Assembly (NCBI GenBank): GCA_964016885.1
Contig: OZ024743.1
Coordinates: 253,766,001-253,830,000 of the forward strand
Reading direction: 5' to 3'
Source of the DNA: Eledone cirrhosa
Lineage: Eukaryota
DNA: 64,000 bases
The notes beneath the pieces were generated by a model, which worked only from the letters and a program-made list of their open reading frames with translations, made no database searches and was not told where the DNA came from. Within the stretch, counting starts at the first letter, position 1, and every line of letters begins with the position of its first letter. This document shows, piece by piece, positions 40,097-54,565 of the stretch. A program made the position numbers and the translations under genes.

Positions 40097-43000
40097 ATAA
40101 GTATGTATACGTACATACATATATGTACACAGACGTACAGTAGTATTTATATACATACATACATGCACACATATATATATATATATATATGTACGTATGG
40201 GTTTACCGAACATTTATTATAATGCTCTGTTTGTTTGTAAACAAACAGCCCGAATTAAGCTGTACAGCAGGGGCCTGCAACTCCCAGCCCGCGGGCCACA
40301 TCCGGCCCACGAGTGATTTTTGTCCGGCCCGCCATCTTACACTGGACACTAATTATCTAATTAGTATCGCATACAGATACAGTAGTTCACTTCAAGGTTG
40401 TGCCGACCTGATGCCTATCACAAATCGCTGCTCATACCGTATATATTTACAGATACCTTTGTAACCTTATTATATTTTCCATTTATTATTATTTCCTCTT
40501 ATCTGGGCTTTCCGCCAAGAATTATATCACCTGTATTATTATTTCCTGTGATTTGATGTATGTGTTTTTGTTCCAGTCAACAAACACAAATGTTGGCTGG
40601 AAGTATGCATTTTTGTCAGCGACTGGAAGGTATACTACCTTACGGTTCGCATGACTCGCTTTTATACCCATATTGTCATTCAATAAAATCACTCGTGAAT
40701 TATTGTCGTCTTCGTTTGCCTGACCTTACCTGTGACCCCCGGCACACGGTAAAGCTGTCCTTGGAAAAATTACTCTGTTCCCTCCTCCCCAGAGTATTTT
40801 CATTTGAGTTTGTTTTCTGATGGTATAACAACTATACAGCAGGTATATTTATTCGATAATAACGTTTATTTAATTATCTGTGATAAATTGTGTGAATTAT
40901 TATTATTAGAATTAGGCCAAAAGTGGTTTAAAAAAACAAATGGCAACCCTGATCTAACAACGTCGTTAGAAACCTGGTTTTATATAAACGTCGTTAGAAA
41001 CCTGGTTTTATATAATTTATTCACGATTATTATATTTTATCGCATTACTGTATTTGCATTTACATTTGTTTTCATTGTTTCTTATTTCTTCATTCTGATT
41101 ATTATACTTTTTGTTCATTTTTCCTTTCCATAAATCTTTTTTGTTTGAACAAAAACAAACCCATGGAAGCTAAGAAAAGAAAAGTGGATTTGGAGTGCCG
41201 AACTTTTAATGATGACTGGACACTAAACTATTTTTTCATTGAGCACTTCGGAAAATGTGTTTGCCGTGAAGAAAGTTTCAAATATTAAACGGCACTATGA
41301 AACTCGTCATAATCATTACAACAGTTTTACTGGAAAAGCACGATTAAACTAAGTTGCACGGCTGAGAAATAATGTAACAAAGCAATCATGCTTTTTCACT
41401 AGAAAAGTTGAAGAAAGTGACCGAAATACACTCGTGCTAGCTACGAGGTGCCAAAACTAATTGCAGAAAGGATGAAACCTTTTACTGATGGAGATTTCAT
41501 CAAAGAATTATTCTTGAAGGTAGCAGATGTTGTTTGTCCAGAAAAAAGGGAATTATTTTCTGCGATCAGCTTATCGGCGAGAACAGTAACAAGGTGAATT
41601 GAAGAGCTGGCAGCAAATGTCAGAAGTGGCTTGGAGGGCATTTTAAATAATCTGGAGTATTATTCCATTGCTATCGATGAAACCACAGATATGAAGGATA
41701 CTTGTCAACTTTCAGTGTTTGTGAGGGGTGTAACTCCAACATTTGATATTGTGCAATCATTTGTACAATTGATTCCTATGAAGGAGACTAGCACTGGAGC
41801 AGATATTTTGGAAAGCATAATAAAAAGGATTACTGAAATGAATCTGGATTTATCAAAGCTTTCTGGAATAATCACAGATGGAGCACCAGCAATGATTGGA
41901 GAGAAAAAGTGGTTTGTTGCTTTGCTCCAAAACCACATCGGTATTGATAAAAAACTAATCAAACTTCATTGCATTATTCATCAAGAAGCATTATATGCAA
42001 AGTCACTGAATGTTAAGGACATCATGGCAGTGGTCGTGAAAACAGTGAATTTTATACTGTCAAGAGGACTAAATCACCGCCAGTTTCAAGAATTTCTAAA
42101 ACAAATTGAAGCAGAGTATGGCGACCTTACATATTTTTCAAATGTTCAATGGCTTAGTCGCGGAAAAATGATAGAACGAGTATAAGCATTGAGAGAAGAG
42201 ATTTCTATGTTTTTAGAGTACAAAGACCAAGATAATTCTTACTTTCAGGATCCACAGTAGGTTGTCAAGTTAGCTTTTTTAGTGGACATCACGACCCACA
42301 TGAACACTTTGAATCTTGAGCTTCAAGGAAAGAACAATGTTGTATTTGAGATGTTTGGTCAAATTACTGCTTTTGAGAGAAAACTTCGACTGTGGGAATC
42401 ACAACTTCAAAAAGGAAACTACTCTAATTTCCCAAGTCTCCAAAATCACAAGAGAGATATAATACCAGACATCTTTGTGAGCTCTATTATGGATTTGAGA
42501 AGCGAGTTTTCCTCTCGTTTTGCTGACTTCCGGCAATATGGAACTCTATTTAAGTTATTTGGTACTCTTTACGAAACATATGTGGAGCAAGTGGCAGAAG
42601 AATATCAATTGGAGTTAATTGACTTACAGTACGACGAATCTTTGAAATCGAAATTTCAGTTCGAATCCACTGCTAATTTCTACAAGAAATATATATTGCC
42701 AAGCGGAAAATATAAAAACATCTGGACTAATGCGAAACTGATGATATCATTATTTGGAAGTACATATGCTTGTGAACAACTTTTTTCCAAAATGAAATAT
42801 ACTAAAAGTCATTTAAGAACAAGGTTGCGTGACGACCACCTGGATGATGTTTTGCTTCTGTCATCGACAAATATTTCACCTGATGTGGAGAAGTTATCGC
42901 ACAATAAGCAGAAACAAGTGTCTCTGTAAATCATTTACCATTTCTAACTGTAATTCGTTTGTAGCAAGGAATTTGCTTTTTCTTCTTGTTGATTGTGATA

Positions 43001-44074
43001 ATAGTTGTTTTTCTGTTATTCCTGCAGTAAAATAAGGAATTTGCTTTTTTTTGGTTGAATGTGTTTATAGTTTTTATTTTATTTTTTTTGTGTTATTCCT
43101 GCAGTAAAATAAGGGGCCTTGTTAAAATAAAATTATTTTAAATTCCTTGTATTACTTTAAACCTCCAGAAAATTTATTTACATATTTAATAACATGACAC
43201 TGCATAACTGTTTAGCCCTCTCTCTCCAAAAGGTTGCCGACCCCTGCTGCACAGTGTTCGGCAACCATCGTTGTTCTTTTGTTCAACACTGAGAAAGGAA
43301 CGATGAACTAGTTTCTAACTTATTAGCTGTCATCAGCACCGTATACCTTCATGTCAGTCGATTGAACGTTTAAAAGTATATACTTTCCTTATGCATATTA
43401 ACGGCTGAGCAGCCTAATTTGCATATCGAGTGAGTTAGTCGGCCGGGCGTACCGAAAATTATAAATGGAAAAAATGAAATTTCATTTCTCACTCTTAGTA
43501 CGGCTGATACTTAAATATAAGTATGTATACGTACATACATATATGTATACAGACGTACAGTAGTATGTATATACATACATACATGCATACACATATATAT
43601 ATACGTATGGGTTTACCAAACATTTATTATAATGCTCGGTTTGTTTGTAAACAAACAGCCCGAATTAAGCCGTACAGTGTTCGGCAACCATCGTTGCACT
43701 TTTGTTCAACACTCACAAAGAAACGATGAACTAGTTTCTAACTTATTAGCTGTCATCAGGACCGTATACCTTCCTGTAGTCGATTGAACGTTTGAAAGTA
43801 TATACTTTCCTAATGCATATTAACGGCTGAGCAGCCTAATTTGGGCGGCTTAATTCGGGCCAAATTGAGTGGCTTAATTCGGGATGGTTGTTTACAAACA
43901 AACCGAGCATTATAATAAATGTTCAGTAAACCCATATGTACATATATATATGTGTGCATATATGTATACATACTACTGTTCGTCTGTATACATATATGTA
44001 TGTACGTATACATACTTATATTTAAGTACCAGCCGTACTCAGAGTGAGAAATGAAATTTCATTTTTTCCATTTA
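40097..44074. mobile_element. Second retrozyme-like locus (~423-nt unit), split by the hAT insertion and inverted at ~43845
   Basis: 40097-40267 continues at 43247. HHRs at 43301-43341 and 43724-43764 (-). Homologous to 22536-23797. Confidence 0.85.
40268..43246 (+). mobile_element. hAT transposon (Charlie/Buster, GTF2IRD2-like), decayed transposase ~41163-42929
   Basis: Ends CAGGGG...CCCCTG; 8-bp TSD CTGTACAG/CTGCACAG; SIAIDETTD, TDGAPAM, HCIIHQEAL, WLSRG, FGSTYACEQLFS. Confidence 0.96.
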
Positions 44075-44363
44075 TATATTTATATATATTAAAATAACGG
44101 ATTAAAGTCTAAGCAAATAATCGCTGCTTTCACCATATTTATACTTATACATATGCACACACATATATATACATATATAATACACATACATATATATATG
44201 TTTTAGCCAAGTCCGGAAATACAGTTATAGGGAGTTCACCAATCAAAGCACTCAATGGTGTTATAAAGTTAATCTCTTGTTGAGCTATATTCCTGAGTTA
44301 AGGCTACTTTAGGGCGCATAGTGCTGCAACTGTGACTTTGATCCTACTTAATATATATATATA

Positions 44364-47300
44364 CTAGCAGTTTAGCCCGGCGTTGCTCGGGTTTGTTCAT
44401 TTGCTATGAAAAGTTACATACAGGTAAACGTGGTTTGAAAGCGAATAAGCTTATCAATTAAGTGCATAAAGCAGTTGAACCGGTTATTAAAAGTTACGAA
44501 CCAATTAGCATGTTGGTCAATCAATGATGGGTTAATAATCCTCCAATAGCGAATTTAGTAGACCAAAGTTGCAAGATGGTGGCCCTGATGCCGCTGGGTG
44601 TCAGATCTATCCGCCATGGGATACCCTACCAGGAAATAGTGTTCCAGACGGCATAGCTCCACCACCTGCATCAACATCTATAGCACCTCTTTGTAGACGA
44701 TATTGCGTGTCATCCCTTGAGGAGAGTAAGCAAAAAGTCCATTCCTGCTCCCTGCGCGGGAACAGGCAACATAAAGTTGGCCATGGGAGAAGCATGGCTT
44801 CTCCAAATGGATGCCCGCCACCGACAATATTTGCCCTTGTGACTTAAGGACTTGTGTTAATGGACATGACAAAACATGGTCTCACCGGGAATTGGGATCG
44901 TTGGAAATCGAACGGGATATCTGACGCCGAGGGGAAAAGGTTCATCCTTGGAATGAAAACATTCTCCCCTCTTCCGCACCCCGTTACAATGGTGGCCTCA
45001 ATCAAGTGGGTGTCAGTGACTTCACGACCATGCGAGTACCGTTGCACTGCTTTTGTGGACGCAAGTTCCTTATTAGCATAATGGGACAGCCAACCCTAAG
45101 CTTAATAATGTGAGGTGGGAGCCCTGGGGGCTCAAGGAGTTTTAATAACTCAACCGGATAATTAACGATATCGTCGGGGTCTGATTTGAAGATGTGCTCA
45201 TTACCGGGAATCTTCTCAATCAGCTGCTCGTTAATAAAATTAACCATGGTATTTTTCGGAGCAAGGATGGCTTTTTCGCTCAGCCAATCGAGGTTTTTAA
45301 AGTTAGATGAGACATTAGGAAAAACTGCTTCCCAAAGGTCAGAAGGGCTGCTCACAATGTTGCACAGGGTGTCGATTGCTATGCCGCCCTTGTCATCCGC
45401 AGGGATCTTGCCCTCACGAAGTGCTAAAATGTTCTGTGCTGCAGACATGTTGTCACCATGCAAATGAGCACGCATATTTGTGCTCAGGTACAAACTATTC
45501 ACCTGGAGCCACAACATGGACGACTTAAGACAGGCACGCACTTCATCAGCTCTTGTCCATTTGGGGATGACAGGCAGCGTTTTCCGAAAATCCCCTGATA
45601 GCAGAAGGGTTACGCCACCCATAGGAGCCGTAGAATCCCTAATGTCTTTCCGGGCCCTGTCCAATGCCTCAATGGCACCCTTGTGTGTCATTGTGCACTC
45701 ATCCCAAACAATGAGGCAACATCTTTTGAGAACCAGAGCTTTGTGTGAACTCTTGCTGATATTGCATGTTGGTGTCTCAGTTTTTACTAAATCCAAAGGG
45801 AATTTAAAGGTTGAATGTGCTGTCCTGCCTCGCGGCAGCAAAGTAGCAGCGATCCCGGACGATGTAACGGACAATGCAACTTTTTTCTCCTGACGAATCT
45901 TAGCGAGAATCAAATTCGTTACAAAAGTTTTTCCGGTACCCCCAGGAGCGTTTTTTATTGGGGGGATCCGGGTTTTTTTTTTTGACCTTGAGGTATAACC
46001 AGTCAGTAGTTCCTTCAAAGGCTCTGGCGGTTCCAGAAGAGGGGGCAAGGTGACGTTACCGTTTAAGCAGCACATTGCAGGTGGCTCCCCAGCCCACTTT
46101 GTAGCATTGCAGAATTTGCAATTGAAGCGCATCTCGCCTATATTTATGTCAGAGCGCATCGAGTAATAAACGTTTTGCTCATACTTGCTAGTAAGGGCTG
46201 TTGGGGCTCGTCACACCGAGTGCAGCTTCTCGCCGTCGACTTTTACGCTTGAACGTAGAACATTGGTCGTGTGGTTGGTGGGAAGGTCTGGCAGCAATAG
46301 CAGAAGCAACATTTGCAATGCTAATGGACCGCCCGTCTGCATCTTCAGAAGCCATGGAAGTAGTCATAGCCGCAGCATTCGTAGGAAGGCGAGCCGTCCG
46401 TTGTTTTAAACGTTCCAAAGACCTGGAAGCAGCATTAGTCGCATCGTTTCTAGCCAGGTGCTTCGACCTTTGTTCCCGGCAGTTTGAAGCCCTGGAAGAA
46501 GCCTGGTATGAAGCCATTTTGGCTAGGCGTGCGGTGCGCTGTTGGAAACTTTCAGCGGCTCGACATTCTGCTGAACGTAAGGATGTCTGTGAAAGTCTTG
46601 AAGCATTTTCCTCAGAGGACTCGTTTGCTATAGTAGCCTTTTGCGCCACTGCTGACGCGGTATGTCGACTGAGGCGACTTCTCTTTTTAGGTGGCATTTT
46701 ATGTCCAAAAGAAAGGGTGAAATGTACTTCTACAGAAAAATTGACTTTGAATGTCTACTGTCTGTTTATGAATATTGTTATTGTTGTTGTGATACAAATG
46801 GTAGTAAGTAAATGGGTATCGAAACATGAAGGGTGAAAGTTACTTCAACATAAACATTGACTTTGAAAGTATAAGGCTGATAATTGAATGTAAAAAGATT
46901 GATAAGAAAGCCCCCACCCCCCAAAAAAAAAAAATGCACAGGTATTTGTATGCATGTGTGTATTTTTATGTCGAAAAGAAAGGGTTAAAGTTACTTCTAC
47001 AGAAAAATATAGTTTGAAAGTGTAAGGCCGATGTGTGTGTAAATTAAGTGACAGTATGTATGTGTGTATATGTATGTATGTGTGTATGAAAGTGTAAGGC
47101 CGATGTGTGTGTAAATTAAGTGATAGGTATTTGTATGTATGTATGTATGTATGTATGTATGTATGTATGTATGTATGTATGTATGTATGTATGTATGTAT
47201 GTATGTATGTATGTATGTATGTATTAAAGGTTGAAAGTTACTTCAACGTAAAAATTGACTTTGAAAGTATAAGGCTGATAATTGAATGTAAAAAGATTGA

Positions 47301-47879
47301 TAAGAAAGGCCCAAAAAAGAAATTTACAGGTATTTGTATGTATGTGTGTATTTTTATGTCGAAAATAAAGGGTTAAAGTTACTTATACAGAAAAATTTAA
47401 TTTGAAAGTGTAAGGCCGATCTCGTTATCATTATATGCTATTGTTATTTCTAAAACAAACTGTGTATGCATTGATTGATTGAAATTCCCGCGTTGCTGTT
47501 TCTATGACGTCAATCGTAACCATACCAACATATATGTGTGTATGCACCCACCTATATGTGTGTATATGTTTTTTTTCAATGTTTCTCTTTTTCTCAAACA
47601 CATATAAGAGAATGTAGCAATTTTAAGGGGAGGTGATGAATGGGAGTAGATACAGGAAACGTATATCATATGAGAGAGGAGAAATCATCGATTGTTGAAA
47701 TAAATCGTTTTTTCCGTAATTGTGGCATTTTTTACTCAATAAGATCGCCCATGACCCAAGTTAGAATATTTGTAAACATTCTGCTTAATTATTCATTCAA
47801 TATTTTTGGAATTGTGTAAATGTATAAAATTGAAACATACATACAGACACAAAAATCTGCCTTTTATAGATAATGATGA
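44364..47879 (-). mobile_element. Helitron with Rep (HUH) domain deleted and Pif1-type helicase remnant
   Basis: 5' A|TC and 3' hairpin CCCGAGC-AAC-GCCGGG followed by CTAG|T. Motifs APGGTGKT, GRTAHSTFK, WDECTM, GDFR..LPV, CNGTR, FSHGQLYVACSR. N-terminal C..C..K..E..CC.NG. Confidence 0.93.
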
Positions 47880-48206
47880 TATATATATTCATATAAATAT
47901 ACACACTTACATACATACAGATATATAGAGGCATTAACATCAATATTTATGCACACACATAAACACATATATACATTCAAATGAATGCATGTGGTGATCA
48001 TGTTAGTAGTTCTTTATATATTGCAATAATCACCTTTGTACAGATCTTTTGCTAATCTCATGGGGAGTAGCATTTGTCTGTTATGCAATTTATTAAATGT
48101 CACCATAGACAGAAGTGTCATATATTTCTCCCTCTCTTTCACACACACATACAGTCAGACAGATTAAAAAATGGTGTTGATGATGTATATACAAGCATAC
48201 ATACAT

Positions 48207-48276
<70 letters not shown>

Positions 48277-48278
<2 letters not shown>

Positions 48279-49105
48279 TAGGATCGGAATTAAGAGTATT
48301 CCGTAGTTCACAGTAATAATAATAATATTAGCTCAAAGAAGAATAGAGAATTTTCTTCTGAGCCCAGATACAAATATATTACACAAATAGAAGTGTGTTA
48401 CACAGTGTGTAAAGGATTATTACAAGTGATTTTTACCGTTACTCTATAGAAAACAATATCTACAGGTTTAGCAATTAAATAGAAAAAACCTAAGTCAGAA
48501 TCAAATCACTGAAGTAGAGTTTTAAATTACTAACCTTATAACTATAAGTTTGCTGATACGAATTAAGTTCGTTTCGCCACAGAAATGTGCACTTTAACAG
48601 CCACAGGTTCATCAGTCAGCATTCTTCTTTGAGCTAATATTATTATCATTACTGTGAACCACGGAATACTCTTAATTCCGATCCTAGAATACTTAACGAG
48701 CTCCAAATTGTTGAGCTAATAAATTCGAATGGTTGGGCTGGCCTGTCTACCATTTTCCCCAATCCATGAGAACCGTTATTTGATGCAAATAACACGCGAT
48801 TTCGGCTTACCCTGGGCAGCGTGTATATTAGCTTTCTCTCTCCATGAGTCTAGATGTGTAGTAAACAGAATCCACATTTGCTGACTGATGAACCTATGGC
48901 TATTAAACTGCACATTTCTGTGGTGAAACGAACTTAATTCGTATCAGCAAACTTATAGTTATAAGGTTAGTAATTTAAAACTCTACTTCAATGATTTGAT
49001 TCTGACTTAGGTTTTATCTATTTAATTGCTAAACCTGTAGATATTGTTTTCTATACAGTAACGGTAAAAATCACTTGTAATAATCCTTTACACACATTTC
49101 ACTGT
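48277..49105. mobile_element. Rearranged PLE-like element with two inverted hammerheads (48552-48620 -, 48880-48948 +)
   Basis: GCTGA-CTGATGA-ACC../..GGT-GAAA-CGAACTTAATTCG-TA-TCAGC; interleaved inverted segments. Confidence 0.8.
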
Positions 49106-49108
49106 GTA

Positions 49109-49294
<186 letters not shown>

Positions 49295-49393
49295 TTTTGA
49301 GTTTATGTTGGTTGTATACCAACACCTCAGTATGCAGGCTGGAGCACTCGACGAAGTGCGCAGGTTGGTTTGGTTACTCCGGAGTAGTGTAAG

Positions 49394-49877
<484 letters not shown>

Positions 49878-50124
49878 TGTGTATAAGTATGTATATATAT
49901 GTGTGTGTGTGCATTTATATATACATATATATATACAAAACATTCCAAAACCGTTCGCTGAGCTCAACCCATTTCAACAGCTAGATCCAAACGGACTTCA
50001 TATCTAGCTGTTGAAATGACTGCAGCTCAGCCGTCAGGGTCCTGAATTTTTCATATTGCCCACTCTATGTGTGTATGTATGTGTATGTATATAGTGCATA
50101 TCTATATATATATATATATATATG

Positions 50125-50390
50125 AGATCGAGCTGTCACGACAAAAATACACACAGTCCACGCTGTAATGTGGCCGTGTAGGTAACATGGTAAAAAGTTT
50201 CCAGTTCCACACTGTAAATGTGGTTGGTGTTAGGAAGGGCATCCAGCCGTAGAAAACTTGCCTGATAGTCCTATATGAGCGAGACACGGTCACGCGCCCA
50301 ACCTTGCCTCAAGTGGGATAACTCCCGTCTAACCCATGCTAGCGTGGAAGATGGACGTTAAACGAAGATGATGATGATGATGATGATGAT
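50125..50390 (+). mobile_element. RTE 3'UTR-derived repeat with (GAT)n tail
   Basis: Homology to 30290-30503 and 61085-61362. Confidence 0.75.
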
Positions 50391-51149
50391 GTGGTAGATG
50401 GCTGAGACTAAAGAGTACTGAATACTGAAGTAGAGTTTGAATATTCATTTTATTAAAGTTAAAAAGCGGGTTTTGTTACTCAGGCTCATCAGGCCTGTGA
50501 TAACCAGGTGAAGCTCCAGAGTAACAAGACTCACTATTTAGCCTTAATAAAATGAATATACGGATATATTTTAAGCTGTTGGCATCTTGACAGTGTGGCA
50601 ATTCCCAAACAGCTATGTCCTCCTATCCGGCCTGGCTTCAGAGTTTAACACGTTAAAATGATCTATAAGTGTATGAGAAAATAAGACGTGAAATGAAGAT
50701 AATGTGATCTCCTCTCCATTCCACATCCCTGCATGATGGAAAGCTGGATATGCTCCACACCTGCTATCCCACAGTGTTGATGTCAAGCTAAAGAACCTCC
50801 ATCCCATTCTGTATGGTTATAGCTCTGGTGCCAGAAAAAAATTGCACCCTGTACATCCTCACAAGTGGTCATCCTGGGTTTACAACAGAAAACATTCAGT
50901 CCACCCTGTTAAGTTGTAGCAGTGATCCCTCAAAGAAAGTTCCTAGTATAAGAAGGAATGTACTTGGCGTTAGGAAGGCCACCCAGCCATAGAAAACCAA
51001 GCCAAAATCAGATCTATATGAGCATGTCATGGTCACCTGACCTGACTAGCATCATTCATAATATGACAACCCATATCTATATATCTATCTCTCTCTATAT
51101 ATATATCGGATCTAGCTGTTCAAACAGCCAGAGCTCAGCTATCGGGGTC

Positions 51150-51203
<54 letters not shown>

Positions 51204-51669
51204 TATTATTACTATATATATATATATATGCACACACACACATATATATATATATATGTATATCATTGGTAGATGTGAGAATGAATATTCAAAACTAGAG
51301 TAGAGTTTAAGTAGACTTTATTATGGATAAATGAGTAGTCTGGCTCCACTTGTGTTTCACCTGTGTACTCATAGCATCATCACATATATATATGTTTGTG
51401 TGTGTGAGAGAGAGAGTGTGTGCATGTGTGCATGTTCGAATGTATTTGACTCTCTTCAGAAGTCTATACTATGTGTGTTCCAGTTGATTTGATCAACAGA
51501 ACATGCATACATCTGAGTATTGCATAGGCAAGTCCTGTGTTAACTTATTTCTTATAGGCACACAGAATATCACCGTGTGCGATGAGGTTGGCTCTCTGTT
51601 CATTTTTATTTCTAATTTTTCCGAGTGTCTTACTGATACCAAGGGCAGCTTATTATCATCATTATTATC

Positions 51670-53940
51670 AGGCCGGTTTAGGGCGGTGAATTGGCAGTAT
51701 CGGTAGAGGGTTGGACGCCATGCTCTCTAGCATAGTTACGTCCCTTTACGGTTTGAGTTCAAATCCCGCTGAGGTTAACTTTGCCTTTCATCCTTACGGG
51801 GTCGATAAAATAAAGTACCAGTAATGTACTGGGTAGGTGCTGGCCTTGTGCCTAAAGTAGAAACAATTATTATCAGGCCGGTGGATTGGTAGAATCAGAA
51901 GAACGTCTGATACTCTGCTTTGCGGCCTAGATTTACAGATTTACATCCCTTTACATTCTGAGTTCAAATTCTGCCAAGGCTAGTTTTTGCTTTTCATCCT
52001 TACAGGGTCGATAAAATAAAGTACCAGTCATGCACTGGGGGTCTATTTAATTGACTTTCTTCTCCCCCAAAATTGCTGGCCTTCTGCCTATATCAGAAAC
52101 TATTATTATTATTATTTTCCTTTCATCCTTACGGGGTCGATAAAATAAAGTACCAGTAATGCACTGGATAATTGCTGGCCTTGTGTCTAAAGTAGAAACA
52201 ATTATTATTATGAAAGTGCATTTTATTGTGACACTAGTCCCTCCAATGAATGACGGTTTTTTTTCTTTTCATTTTCTTTGGCTTTATGCAGAGTGTACAA
52301 ATTGCAGGTTATCATTGCACCAGTACAGTATGAGAGGTTGTCATGAGAAACTAAGAGATATCTTATTTCACTTTCCCTCCATTCTCAAGCAAAATTAAGA
52401 AAGTATATAGATATAAACTAAGTAAAATTATGTAAAGAGACAATGAGATTTCTAGATAAAACTTCATGACTATAAACGTAATCATATAATAATTGAAGTT
52501 TAAGTTAAAAAATCTAAAGTACAATGATCAAACAATGGCTTTTTATGTTGTAAGTTCAAATCACGCCAAAGTTAACTTTGCCTTTCATCCTCTCGGGCTT
52601 GATATAAGATAATAACATTCTGGAGTTGATTTAATCCTCTTTCCCATTCCCTTTACATTGCTGGCCTTGTGTCAAAAGTAGAAATAATTATTGCTAGGAT
52701 TGTGTATTGGCAGACTTGGTAGAATAATGGATAAAATGTTCTGGGTCTTTATATTCTGAGTTCAAATCTTGACAAGCTCAACTTTGCCTTTCATCTTTCT
52801 GAGGTTGATAAAATAAAGTACTAGTCAAATACTGAAGTTGATTAAACATTCCCCTCTTTAAACATTTGCTGGTCATGTACTTAGATTACAAATTAAAGAC
52901 ATTACCTTTGTATTAGATCAGGTTGTGGTAAAAAAAGCACCATTTTTGCCAAGTGTTTTCCTGGCACATAGGTTAGATTATTATTATTATTATCATTTAA
53001 CTTTGCCTCTCATCCTTCCGGGGTCGATAGAATAAAGTACCAGTAATGCACTGGGTAATTGCTGGCCTTGTACCAAAAGTAGAAACAATTATTATTATTA
53101 TCATTTCCATTATTGTTTTTATTGCACATCATTGCTGCTTTACTGAGCCCAGCTCTGTGCACCTTGGGTTTGAGCAGTGTAGATTTTGCAAATGTCGTTT
53201 CTATTGTATTGATAGTAATTTTCATAATATGTGTGTCATGCGTAGTAGTACTATCTTTTCTATGCTGTATATATTTGTAAGTTCTGGGGCTTGGGCTATG
53301 TATTTGTGTGTTTTTTTAATCATTCTTAGAGCACCTATTATAATAGGTATCGTTTCTGTTTTCATTTTCCACATTCAAGATATTTCTATCTCTAGATATT
53401 TATAATTGGAGACTTTCTCTATTTCCTTGGAAGATATATTGTCGTCTGTGGGGATAGATACATCTATTACACAGCATTTCTTTCTTTTTTTTCTTTTTTA
53501 TTATTATCATTATTATTACTATTATCATTGGCAGAAAATGGTGCTGGATTGACAGAATCAGTAGAGCGTTGAACAACACGCTTTGCAGTATATAGTTATG
53601 TCTCTTTATGTACTGAGTTCAAATCCTATTAAGGTTAGCCTTGCCCTTCATCCTTATGTGGTTGTTGGTCTAATTCATTGACTTCCCCTCCCCCAAAATT
53701 GTTGGCCTTCTTTTAATCAGCAGCTGTAACAATGTCATCATTATTTTCGGTGGATTGGCAGTATCGGTAGCGGGTCGGACGCCATGCTTTGACGCATAGA
53801 GTTACGGCCCTTGCCATTCTCAGTTCAAATCCCGCCTAGGTTAACTTTGACTTTCATCCCTACGGGGTCGATAAAATAAAGTACCAGTAATGCACTGAGT
53901 AATTGCTGGTCTTGTGCCAAAAGTAGAAACAATTATTTTC
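51670..53940 (+). mobile_element. Cluster of about 8 Meta-domain-like SINE copies and fragments in (ATT)n
   Basis: Repeated GAGTTCAAATC...GCCTTTCATCCT..GGGTCGATAAAATAAAGTACCAGT...AGAAACAATTATT. Confidence 0.8.
53130..53480 (-). mobile_element. R4/Dong-like 3' (RLE) fragment
   Basis: Minus frame EKVSNYKYLEIEIS*MWKMKTETIPIIIGAL. Confidence 0.75.
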
Positions 53941-54355
53941 TCTTTTATTTCATATTTTATCTACATGCTAAGGGCTTTCTCTCCATCCCCCTCAACAATA
54001 CAAACCAGCTGCTCCCAGCAGCATAATTCTTATTAAATTCCTGATTTGTTTATATTTTATATTGTTTTATCTTATTTAGTATAAATATGTGTTTCGAAAA
54101 ACACATATTGTTCCTGTTTAGTATTCACATCTTATACAAACGTATTCTTACACAAAATTAAGTGTGTATATAGTGTGTGTATTATCATCATCATTATCAT
54201 CACCATTTTACGTCCATTTTTCCATACTAACATGGGTTAGACGAGTGGTAACATTGTGAGACAAGTCAGATCAGATGACTGCATCTTGCTCATACAGAAG
54301 TGTTTCTAGCCTGATCTACTGAAAGGTAAATATTAATTCATACTTTCAAAGAAGA

Positions 54356-54443
54356 CATCTGATGAAACCGAATTTCTTTGGTTCTGCCTGTTTTATATAT
54401 TTAAATGGCCAATACTGTCTAATTGGTGGAAACTGCAGTAATG
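54356..54443 (+). ncRNA. Hammerhead motif with long stem II insertion
   Basis: CAT-CTGATGA-(A)ACCGA...TTGGT(G)-GAAA-CTGCAG-TA-ATG. Confidence 0.65.
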
Positions 54444-54518
54444 GCAAGATTAAACGCGTAGCAGGCTTATTGTAGGTGGCTTTGCTAGGAATCGACCCAT
54501 GGCTAACTTTGTAAAAGG

Positions 54519-54564
<46 letters not shown>

Positions 54565-54565
<1 letters not shown>

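Noticed and set aside
46188-46836. Ala/Arg-rich ORFs as captured host genes
   Set aside because: The minus ORF is the typical repetitive N-terminus of Helitron Rep/Hel; the plus ORF is its antisense shadow
50440-50560. Hairpin with CTGATGAG on the minus strand
   Set aside because: GAAA and stem III too degenerate to call a ribozyme; at best a PLE remnant
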